A stretch of DNA of 64,000 bases from positions 60,840-124,839 of the forward strand of contig DGVV01000168.1 in NCBI GenBank assembly GCA_002395085.1, given 5' to 3'. This document shows, piece by piece, positions 44,614-51,901 of this stretch. Source of the stretch: Ruminococcus sp. UBA4275 (GTDB lineage: Bacteria; Bacillota; Clostridia; Oscillospirales; Ruminococcaceae). Under the pieces are notes generated by a model. It made no database searches. It was given only the letters and a program-made list of their open reading frames with translations, and was not told where the DNA came from. A program made the translations under genes and the position numbers. Every line of letters begins with the position of its first letter. The first letter of the stretch is position 1.

Positions 44614-45057
44614 TCATGCGAGCAGCGCTGCGACTGCTGCTGTGATTTTAGTGCCGAAATGGCGCTCCATCGTGCTGTCCATGTGCAGCGTGTTGTCGGT
44701 CAGATCAAAGTATGCCTTGCTTCCCATGATCCGGCGTGCTTCGCAGTTGCTGATGCTTTCACCGTCAACTGCTGCGCTGGAGATATTGCCGCTGCGATAG
44801 TAGCTGACTTCCATGCCGAGATCAGTTCCGTTGAAGTAAATCCGATCGTACACCTTGCCATTGGAGCCTTTCTTAGTCCAGCGACCGAACTTCTTCGTCA
44901 GCGCTTCGATGATGTCCTCGCGGCTCTGCTTCGCAGTTCCCTTTGCCTCTGCCCATGCCATCCGGAGGGCTTCCTTCATGTACTCGCGTGCCTTACCGCC
45001 GAACTGTGCGATTGCGTTCTTGACGATTTCCCATGCTCTCATCATGATCTTTTTCAT
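44614..45057 (-). CDS. Accessory operon gene 1: hypothetical protein
   Basis: 147 aa. It starts MKKIMMRAWEIVKNAIAQFGGKAREYMKEALRMAWAEAK... GGAGGTAAG RBS. No recognisable catalytic motif. Confidence 0.7.
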   Translation of the reverse strand: MKKIMMRAWEIVKNAIAQFGGKAREYMKEALRMAWAEAKGTAKQSREDIIEALTKKFGRWTKKGSNGKVYDRIYFNGTDLGMEVSYYRSGNISSAAVDGESISNCEARRIMGSKAYFDLTDNTLHMDSTMERHFGTKITAAVAALLA

Positions 45058-45109
45058 TTTACTTACCTCCGTTTGATTCTCTTGGGTTTGCTTCCCTTTC
45101 CTTGATTAC

Positions 45110-45138
45110 ATTATACCATATAGTTTCTAGAAAGTCAA
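45110..45138 (-). promoter_or_regulatory. Near-consensus sigma-70 promoter of the accessory operon
   Basis: On the minus strand: TTGACT, 17 nt, TATAAT. Confidence 0.65.
45122..45135. promoter_or_regulatory. Operator O1 AGTTTCTAGAAAGT (core TTTCTAGAAA) overlapping the -35 and spacer
   Basis: 10-bp perfect palindromic core. Confidence 0.55.
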
Positions 45139-45153
45139 TAGAAAATCACAAAA

Positions 45154-45167
45154 AGTTTCTAGAAACT
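45154..45167. promoter_or_regulatory. Operator O2 AGTTTCTAGAAACT
   Basis: Perfect 14-bp palindrome whose centre lies 32 bp from the O1 centre. Confidence 0.55.
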
Positions 45168-45195
45168 CCAACTTTGTATACATGCACAAATATAA

Positions 45196-45203
45196 AGTTT
45201 CTA
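45196..45203. promoter_or_regulatory. Operator half-site AGTTTCTA
   Basis: Third copy of the half-site, 42 bp from the start of O2. Confidence 0.35.
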
Positions 45204-45244
45204 CATTGTCAAATATGCTGAATGCGCCGTAAAAAAAGCGCATC

Positions 45245-45275
45245 TCGTGTCATGTTTCGTGTCATGTCGTGTCAT
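45245..45275. repeat. Arm-type repeat block (3 x CGTGTCAT) at the attR-proximal arm
   Basis: TCGTGTCATGTTTCGTGTCATGT (identical to 7889-7911) followed by CGTGTCAT. Confidence 0.6.
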
Positions 45276-45324
45276 AAAATCGCGTGATTTGACCACGTTT
45301 TACTGTTGCTAGTTCACAAACAAG

Positions 45325-45373
45325 ATAAAATAAAAAGCAAGCAAACACTATATTTTCAAGTGCCTGCTTGCTT
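45325..45373 (-). terminator. Phage-supplied terminator now serving ssrA
   Basis: On the minus strand, just after the CCA end: AAGCAAGCA..CACT..AGTG..TGCTTGCTT followed by TTTATTTTAT. Confidence 0.6.
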
Positions 45374-45379
45374 CTCGTT

Positions 45380-45726
45380 TGGTGGAGGCGGCGGGAATTG
45401 AACCCGCGTCCGAAAACCGATCCATCCGATCATCTACGAGTGTAGTTTGTCTTTTACATTCCCGCACCGCACCGCCGGCAAACAGGCTTTACGGATAGGT
45501 AGCGCATTGTGCGACTGCTGCCTATGCGCGTCAGCAGCAGACGTTCACCGCGTCATGACGCCAGACACCGAATACGCGGTCATCTTCGGGCTGACGGACG
45601 GCCTTAAGCGGCCATCAGAACGGAATCGTTGTTCTCGTTTAAATTTATAAGGTTGCACATTTTACGGGTTATGCGCCCGACTCGCCAATCGAACTTCCCA
45701 GCCCCCGTCGAAACCTTTACGCCCCC
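45380..45726 (-). ncRNA. ssrA: tmRNA (SsrA), about 347 nt with an encoded CCA
   Basis: The 5' end GGGGGCGTAAAGGTTTCGACGGGG pairs with the 3' end CGCCTCC-A-CCA and includes a G3-U pair. The T-arm is GGGTTCAATTCCCGCC. The internal tag frame ...AAC GAG AAC AAC GAT TCC GTT CTG ATG GCC GCT TAA occupies 45604-45639. smpB is nearby. Confidence 0.9.
45383..45407. repeat. attR core, which forms the 3' end of the functional tmRNA
   Basis: Identical to 7830-7854. Confidence 0.85.
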
Positions 45727-45754
45727 ATGACGGAGAACCGGTGATTCTCACTCT

Positions 45755-45783
45755 ATTATACTGCAAATATGCGAATTTGTCAA
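45755..45783 (-). promoter_or_regulatory. Consensus promoter of ssrA
   Basis: On the minus strand: TTGACA, 17 nt, TATAAT. It would give a leader of about 20-25 nt before the mature 5' end. Confidence 0.7.
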
Positions 45784-45795
45784 CTGCAAAAAATG

Positions 45796-46908
45796 TCAGA
45801 GCAGCACGATCTCCTGCCGATCTGCATGAACCTGCGCTTCTGCACCGTAGGGGAGAATCGTTCTGGGTGCTGCGTGGCCGAAATTGACATTATAAAGAAT
45901 CGGAAGATCCGGATTTCCGGCGGCATCACGCCAGACAGCCTTATATTCCTCATAATAGCGCTCGTTCATCGGCTTGCCGACCAGAATGCCGTTCAAATGG
46001 TCAAACACGCCTGCCTGCCTGAATGCTGAAAGAAATTTGTGCAGACGTTCCGCTGAAACGCAATCCTCGCTTGTTTCTGCAAACAAGATCTTGCCGCGCC
46101 ATTCATCGGGCTGCGGAAAAATTTCGTATTTTCTGGAGATTTCAGTCTGATTCCGGAAAACATCTGTATCCGCAATACCGCATTCGGCAAATTTCGCTGC
46201 ATAATAATCTGCGCAGTCACCAAGCAGCATCTCACCCATGCTGTCGATGCATCCGCCAAGCAGTTCGCCCGCAAAAACAGGTTCACCCTGCAAAAGCTCA
46301 TATCCGTGCGTCTCAGGATGCGATACCGCCTGTGTTCCAAGCGCCTTTGCGGAATAATCGCTGCGTTCCTCATACCAGACAGGTGCAGGCGTAATTCTCC
46401 GCCCGTGATACGGCGCAAAACAGCTTGCAAACTGTTCTTTGGAATAGGGGAGCATATCGCCGGAAAGTTCCGCCATGTCGGAAAGAAAACTCTGTCCGTA
46501 GAAGGTTTGCAGGCCCAGACGGTGCAGCATCAGGTGCGAATTGGTCGAATCAGAATAGCCAAGAAAGAACTTCGGATGTTCCCGTACAGCAGCCGCAAAT
46601 TCAGCATCCTCCATGAGAAACGGAAAGGTGCGGAAGGAGTCGATCCCGCCGATTGCACAGATAATGCCCTGAATGCTGTCATCGAGAAAGGCAGATTTCA
46701 GATCGGCAGCGCGCAGTTCCGGATGACTCCATACCGCCTGCACTCCGGAGAGCGAATGCTGCATAAATACGGGTTCCAGCCCGAAGGAACGAAGCATTTT
46801 TTCGCCCAGTGCTTTCTCATGTGCGCAGGCATCTTCTCCAAGAATGCCGGTTGAAAGGCTGATCACTGCAATGCGGTCGCCTTTTTGCAGCGGCTTCGGA
46901 CAGATCAT
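45796..46908 (-). CDS. LD-carboxypeptidase / MccF-like S66 peptidase
   Basis: 370 aa. Contains KGDRIAVISLS and the nucleophile motif GYSDSTN. Confidence 0.85.
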   Translation of the reverse strand: MICPKPLQKGDRIAVISLSTGILGEDACAHEKALGEKMLRSFGLEPVFMQHSLSGVQAVWSHPELRAADLKSAFLDDSIQGIICAIGGIDSFRTFPFLMEDAEFAAAVREHPKFFLGYSDSTNSHLMLHRLGLQTFYGQSFLSDMAELSGDMLPYSKEQFASCFAPYHGRRITPAPVWYEERSDYSAKALGTQAVSHPETHGYELLQGEPVFAGELLGGCIDSMGEMLLGDCADYYAAKFAECGIADTDVFRNQTEISRKYEIFPQPDEWRGKILFAETSEDCVSAERLHKFLSAFRQAGVFDHLNGILVGKPMNERYYEEYKAVWRDAAGNPDLPILYNVNFGHAAPRTILPYGAEAQVHADRQEIVLL

Positions 46909-46923
46909 AGACAGCTCCTTTCG

Positions 46924-47388
46924 TCAGCGGTTTCTGGTTTTCACAGCACGGTCGATGTCGCGGTTCGCAGATTTAATGGCAGCATCTTCGCGCTTATCAA
47001 AGAGCTTTTTACCCTTGCAGAGACCAAGCTGCACCTTGACTCTGCCGTCTTTGAAATACAGCGAGAGAGGAATCAGAGTCAGCCCCTGCGTTTTGAGCGT
47101 ACCAAACAGCTTCAGGATCTCGCGCTTATGCATCAGCAATCTGCGGACGCGCCGGGGATCTTTATTGAACACATTACCTTTTTCGTAAGGAGATACGTGC
47201 ATATCGCGGAGAAAGAGCTGCCCTTCGTCGATGGAACACCAGCTATCCTTGAGATTGACATTGCCGTTTCGGATAGATTTAACCTCTGTACCGATCAGTT
47301 CGATGCCGGCTTCATAGGTCTCCAGCACAAAATAATCGTGCCGCGCCTTGCGGTTATCTGCGATCTGCTTGATGCCTGTCTGCTTCAT
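46924..47388 (-). CDS. smpB: SsrA-binding protein SmpB
   Basis: The start was moved to ATG 47388. Contains IADNRKARHDYFVLETYEAGIELIGTEVKS...LLMHKREI... Confidence 0.95.
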   Translation of the reverse strand: MKQTGIKQIADNRKARHDYFVLETYEAGIELIGTEVKSIRNGNVNLKDSWCSIDEGQLFLRDMHVSPYEKGNVFNKDPRRVRRLLMHKREILKLFGTLKTQGLTLIPLSLYFKDGRVKVQLGLCKGKKLFDKREDAAIKSANRDIDRAVKTRNR

Positions 47389-47603
47389 GCGGCATTCTCC
47401 TTTCGTGATTTTCACTATATTATAACATAATTGCGTATGCTTGTCAAGCGCGGTGCATATCACATTTTCAGCCGAAACGTCAAATTCTTGTAAATTTATG
47501 GTGAAAAATAGTATAAAAGGGATTGACTTTCTTGCTCCGATGTGCTAAACTAATACTGTCTATCTATAATTTCGCATCTTGACCGCCATAAACGGAGGAT
47601 ACT

Positions 47604-48497
47604 ATGCAGCAGACTGCCTGCGATCTCTGTCCGCGCCGCTGTCACGCAGACCGCAGCGCAAGCACCGGTTTTTGCGGTGAATCACACACGCTTCGGATCG
47701 CACGCGCTGCACCGCATTACTGGGAAGAACCGCCCATCAGCGGAAAAAACGGTTCCGGCACGGTTTTCTTCAGCGGATGCAGTCTTCGCTGTATCTACTG
47801 CCAGAATCATGAAATTGCCGTTTCTCATCTGGGATACAGCATTTCACCGGCGGCGCTGGTTCAGGAAATGTTCCGCCTGAAAGGGGAGGGCGTTCATAAT
47901 ATTAACCTCGTGACGCCCAGCCATTTTACAGAGGAGCTGATCCCTGTTCTCCGCGCTGCAAGGGAAGGCTGCATCGGAATCCCGTTTGTCTGGAATTCAA
48001 GCGGATATGAGTATCCAGAAACACTTGCGAAACTGGAAGGCCTTATCGACATCTATTTGCCCGACTTCAAATACATCCGGCGCGAAACTGCAAAGGCGTA
48101 TTCCTCTGCACCGGATTATCCTGACATCGCAAAAGCAGCACTCGCTGAGATGGTACGTCAGTGCGGTACACCGCAGCTCGATCCGCAGAGCGGTCTGATG
48201 ACCCGCGGTGTGCAGGTGCGCCATCTGGTACTGCCCGGCGGTGCGCAGGAATCGCGCGAGGTGCTTTGGTATCTGCACAGCACCTACGGAAACAGTATCG
48301 GCTACAGCATCATGAATCAGTATACCCCTATGCCGCAGATGTCTGCACATCCGCTGCTGTCCCGCCGCGTCACAGCTCACGAATACGAAACAGTCACTCG
48401 CTACGCATTACAAATCGGAATTGAAAACGCTTTTACACAGGAGGGTGAAGCATCATGCCAATCCTTTATCCCGCAGTTTTCTGGGCAGCCTTTATGA
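47604..48497 (+). CDS. Radical SAM protein (PflA/PflX-like activase family)
   Basis: Contains the CSLRCIYCQN cluster. 297 aa. Confidence 0.85.
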   Translation: MQQTACDLCPRRCHADRSASTGFCGESHTLRIARAAPHYWEEPPISGKNGSGTVFFSGCSLRCIYCQNHEIAVSHLGYSISPAALVQEMFRLKGEGVHNINLVTPSHFTEELIPVLRAAREGCIGIPFVWNSSGYEYPETLAKLEGLIDIYLPDFKYIRRETAKAYSSAPDYPDIAKAALAEMVRQCGTPQLDPQSGLMTRGVQVRHLVLPGGAQESREVLWYLHSTYGNSIGYSIMNQYTPMPQMSAHPLLSRRVTAHEYETVTRYALQIGIENAFTQEGEASCQSFIPQFSGQPL

Positions 48498-48919
48498 AAC
48501 CAATCTCCTGCGCCGGCTTCACGACCGGCTTCTTCGCACTAATCCTGCTGATCCCGCTCATTATGGCCATCCGTGATATCCGGGAATACCGCCGCCTCAA
48601 GCGTGACGGCCTCAAGGTCTATGCGCACATCACGAAATGTGAAAAGCGCTGGGCAGGGCCCGGGGGCGTCAGCTGGCAGTCTCCTTACAGCTATTGCGTC
48701 GGCGGAAAGTATTTCGTCGGAGAATTTCTGACAACATACCGCTCCCCGAAACTTACCGTAGGCAAGCGGATCGAGGTGCGCTGCGATAAGGATGACCCCG
48801 ATCATCATATCACCCTGCCGTATTCCCTGTGGTCATGTGCCGCAGAGCTGTTCTTATCATGTATTGTGTTCATCCCGCTTGTCATCGTCTTTGCGGTCGA
48901 GCTGCTCAAATGTTTCTGA
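48455..48919 (+). CDS. DUF3592-like membrane protein
   Basis: It has TM segments at both ends and the central segment VYAHITKCEK...GGKYFVGEF...VGKRIEVRCDKDDP. The start is 48455 or 48494 (ATGA overlap with the upstream stop). Confidence 0.6.
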   Translation: MPILYPAVFWAAFMKPISCAGFTTGFFALILLIPLIMAIRDIREYRRLKRDGLKVYAHITKCEKRWAGPGGVSWQSPYSYCVGGKYFVGEFLTTYRSPKLTVGKRIEVRCDKDDPDHHITLPYSLWSCAAELFLSCIVFIPLVIVFAVELLKCF

Positions 48920-49097
48920 GCAGCCCGCCGGGGGATTGCGGGATGAACTCTGCCATACAACGTGTCCGCCGCCGCAATGGGCAGAGCGGACTTTTTCTTT
49001 GCCCGCAGATATTTTCCCTTCGCCCATTGCTTTTTCCTTTATAATGTGGTATAATGAGGGAGCAATCTTTTCACATTACCTAAAGGAGTGTATCATC

Positions 49098-50279
49098 ATG
49101 GATATTATGGAAAAGGCGCTTGCTGCGCATCACGAATGGCACGGAAAGCTCGACATCCGCTCGAAGGTCGCGATCAAAGACAGAGATTCTCTCTCCGTCG
49201 CATACACACCGGGTGTTGCGCGCCCCTGCCTGGAGATCGAGAAGGACAATGCGCTTTCTTATGATCTGACCGGCAGAGCCAATCTGGTTGCTGTCATCAC
49301 GGACGGTACTGCTGTGCTGGGTCTGGGCGACATCGGTCCGCTTGCAGCTATGCCGGTCATGGAGGGCAAATGTGCCCTGTTCATCGAGTTCGGCGGCGTC
49401 AGCGCGATTCCGCTCTGCGTGAATACGAAAGATCCCGATGAATTCTGCAAGACCGTCGCGAATATCGCAGGCAGCTTCGGCGGTATCAATCTGGAAGACA
49501 TCTCCGCACCGCGCTGCTTTGAGATTGAAAAAAAGCTCAAGACAATGGTGGATATTCCGGTCTTCCACGATGATCAGCACGGTACTGCCGTTGTCGCATC
49601 TGCTGCAATCATCAACGCTGCAAAGCTCGCAGGCAAGGAACTCTCTGAGCTGAAAACCGTCATCAACGGTGCTGGTGCAGCCGGTGTCGCAATCGCAAAT
49701 ATGCTGCTGACGCTCGGCATCAAGGACATTACCATGATCAATTCCAAAGGCATCGTCTGCGACGGCGACAAGCTCTCCTCTGAGGCTCTTGCAGATCTTG
49801 CAAAGCGCACTAATCTGGCGCACAAGCACGGCACGCTTGCCGATGCAATGCAGGGGGCAGATGTGTTCATCGGTGTTTCCAAGCCGAATCTGGTCACGCC
49901 GGAAATGGTGAAATCCATGAACGCGAAGCCGTTTATCTTTGCAATGGCAAATCCGACGCCGGAAATCATGCCTGATCTTGCAAAGGAAGCGGGTGCATTT
50001 GTTGTCGGCACGGGCAGAAGCGATTTCCCGAACCAGATCAACAATGTGCTGGCATTCCCCGGCATTTTCAAGGGCGCACTGGCTGTCCGCGCATCCGATA
50101 TTACCGAAGGCATGAAGCGTGCAGCAGCGTTCGCGCTTGCAAATGCAGTGAAACCGGAAGATCTTTCTCCGGACTGCGTCATTCCGAATCCGTTTGATCC
50201 GACTGTTGCGGAGTCCGTCGCAAATGCTGTTATGCAGGCTGCAATCGAGGACGGCGTTGCGCGCGTGAAGCCGCAGTAA
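49098..50279 (+). CDS. NAD(P)-dependent malic enzyme
   Basis: The start was moved to ATG 49098, which follows AAAGGAG. Contains AYTPGVA, VITDGTAVLGLGDIG, NLEDISAP and INGAGAAG. Confidence 0.9.
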   Translation: MDIMEKALAAHHEWHGKLDIRSKVAIKDRDSLSVAYTPGVARPCLEIEKDNALSYDLTGRANLVAVITDGTAVLGLGDIGPLAAMPVMEGKCALFIEFGGVSAIPLCVNTKDPDEFCKTVANIAGSFGGINLEDISAPRCFEIEKKLKTMVDIPVFHDDQHGTAVVASAAIINAAKLAGKELSELKTVINGAGAAGVAIANMLLTLGIKDITMINSKGIVCDGDKLSSEALADLAKRTNLAHKHGTLADAMQGADVFIGVSKPNLVTPEMVKSMNAKPFIFAMANPTPEIMPDLAKEAGAFVVGTGRSDFPNQINNVLAFPGIFKGALAVRASDITEGMKRAAAFALANAVKPEDLSPDCVIPNPFDPTVAESVANAVMQAAIEDGVARVKPQ

Positions 50280-50303
50280 CGAAGCGTATATGGAGACAGC
50301 ATC

Positions 50304-50966
50304 ATGACAAAGGAAGAATTCATCGCAAAGGCAGAAGCCGATCACGAATGGGCGCCCGGCTGGGATGCAATTGAGCAGGAGTTTTCCCGCCTGTACCCGA
50401 ATCAGGAGCCGCAGCATTACGGCACAGTTATCACCTCACGTGCGATCTTCGGCGGCGAGGAGTATCTCGACGGTTACTCCCTTTATCGCTCAGAGAAGGG
50501 CTATTTCCATGCCGTCACGTTCGGAATGTCTGAACTGTATGCTGAACCGGAAAAATTCGGCGGTCAGTGGAGCAAATGGGGCTACGAAATGACCATGAAG
50601 CTCAGAGAACCCGATGCAGAAAGCTGCATCTGGGCGCTCAATATGATGGGCAATCTCGCACGGTATACATTTCAGACTGAGCGCTATTTTGAAGCGGATC
50701 AGTACATCGCGGGCAAAGATCCTGCTCCGATCAAAATCGGCTCTGATACACTGCTGACCGGTCTGCTGATTGTGCCGGATACGGAGGCAAAGGGTCAGGA
50801 TACGGTTTACGGGCGCATGGAGTTTTTGCAGCTTGTCGGCGTGACGGAAGAAGAAGTGCAGGCAGTCCGTGCGGACAGATCGAACCTTGCACGGATCATC
50901 GCGAACATGAAGCAGGATAATCCGGATCTTGTAACCGATCTTTCGCGCACGAAATCCTATCTGTGA
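50304..50966 (+). CDS. Suppressor-of-fused (SUFU)-like domain protein
   Basis: 220 aa. Contains EWAPGWDAIEQEF..LYPNQEPQHYGT...GGEEYLDGYSLY...FHAVTFGMSEL. Confidence 0.8.
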   Translation: MTKEEFIAKAEADHEWAPGWDAIEQEFSRLYPNQEPQHYGTVITSRAIFGGEEYLDGYSLYRSEKGYFHAVTFGMSELYAEPEKFGGQWSKWGYEMTMKLREPDAESCIWALNMMGNLARYTFQTERYFEADQYIAGKDPAPIKIGSDTLLTGLLIVPDTEAKGQDTVYGRMEFLQLVGVTEEEVQAVRADRSNLARIIANMKQDNPDLVTDLSRTKSYL

Positions 50967-50975
50967 GGGCGCGGA

Positions 50976-51788
50976 ATGTATAAGCTCATACCTGCCCTGG
51001 CAAATGCGGTCAGCACACATAGTATTCTCCGGCTTTGCCTCATCGGACTGGCTGTTCTCGGCGCTGTATTTTTCCTGAGTCCGATGGTTTTCCGTATTGT
51101 CAATATCGGCAATCTGTTCGGACTTGCGGTCAGTTTGATTGTGTTGGTGTTTTCGCTTCTGAGCAAGCGGATTGCACCTGCCCTCAGCACTTGCTGTACG
51201 TATAAGGCGGGGCGTATCACACTGAATGCCGTCACCGGCATCATCCTGCTTGGGATGCTGTACTGTCTTGCAATGACCTGCCTGATGCTGCACGGTGCGC
51301 ATAAAAAGCCGAAATCCGAACCGGCAGCAATTATTGTACTGGGCTGCAAAGTTCGCGGGACAGAACCGAGTCTGATGCTTTACCGCCGGATTCAGCGGGC
51401 GTATCAGGCATTGCAGACGTATCCGGACGCGGCTGCGGTCGTATCGGGCGGAAAGGGCGATGCAGAGGAGATCTCCGAAGCTGAATGTATGCGGCGCGAA
51501 CTGAGCGCAATGGGAATTCCGGAAACGCGCATTCTGTTGGAGGATCAGTCTACTTCTACATCTGAAAATCTGCGGTTCTCCAAGCAGATTCTCGATGAAA
51601 ACGGCATTTCCGGCGAGCTGGTTCTTGTCACGGATGCTTACCACGAAAAACGTGCGCAGATTCTCGCGAAAAAGGAAGGTCTTCCGCCGTGCAGTGCCGC
51701 CTCCGCGCATACCTCATGGTATCTCGTCCCGACGTACTGGGTGCGGGAATGGTTCGGTCTGGCGCACGCATTTGCCTTTGGCACATAA
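50976..51788 (+). CDS. YdcF/DUF218-family membrane-anchored protein
   Basis: N-terminal TM segments followed by IIVLGCKVRG...VVSGGKG..EISEAECM...LLEDQSTSTSEN. Confidence 0.85.
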   Translation: MYKLIPALANAVSTHSILRLCLIGLAVLGAVFFLSPMVFRIVNIGNLFGLAVSLIVLVFSLLSKRIAPALSTCCTYKAGRITLNAVTGIILLGMLYCLAMTCLMLHGAHKKPKSEPAAIIVLGCKVRGTEPSLMLYRRIQRAYQALQTYPDAAAVVSGGKGDAEEISEAECMRRELSAMGIPETRILLEDQSTSTSENLRFSKQILDENGISGELVLVTDAYHEKRAQILAKKEGLPPCSAASAHTSWYLVPTYWVREWFGLAHAFAFGT

Positions 51789-51901
51789 ACAGTTCGCCGC
51801 AGTTTGCCGGTATTTTTCCGGTAATACTGCGGCGTTTTACTTGACATTTGGAGCAAATCGCAGTATAATATGAAAGCAATTTGCATAAAACGGAGGAAGA
51901 A

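Larger units (their letters stand above)
7830..45407. mobile_element. Integrated temperate siphovirus-type prophage (about 37.6 kb) in ssrA
   Basis: Bounded by a 25-nt direct repeat. Contains integrase, CI-like repressor, replication, packaging, HK97-type head, tail and lysis modules in canonical order. Confidence 0.9.

Noticed and set aside
43546-44800. Plus-strand ORFs 43546-44268 (240 aa) and 44138-44800 (220 aa) across the accessory operon.
   Set aside because: The minus-strand ORFs have strong GGAGG RBSs, tight coupling, a consensus promoter and a terminator. The plus-strand ORFs have none of these and have low-complexity L/A/R-rich translations.
7830-45407. Search for reverse transcriptase (DGR or retron), transposases/IS elements, tRNA genes, toxin-antitoxin pairs and methyltransferases inside the prophage.
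   Set aside because: No ORF shows RT (YxDD), DDE/transposase, MTase (DPPY/FxGxG) or classic toxin motifs. No cloverleaf-like tRNA was seen apart from the tmRNA 3' fragment.
45447-46029. ORFs 45447-45650 and 45769-46029 overlapping ssrA and its promoter.
   Set aside because: The region folds and reads as a canonical tmRNA with its promoter. The ORFs have no RBS.
47604-48919. Radical SAM gene overlapping the DUF3592-like membrane gene, considered as a possible RiPP or modification system.
   Set aside because: There is no precursor peptide, SPASM/twitch extension, protease or transporter nearby. The radical SAM protein looks like a PflA/PflX-type activase, so the coupling is probably incidental.
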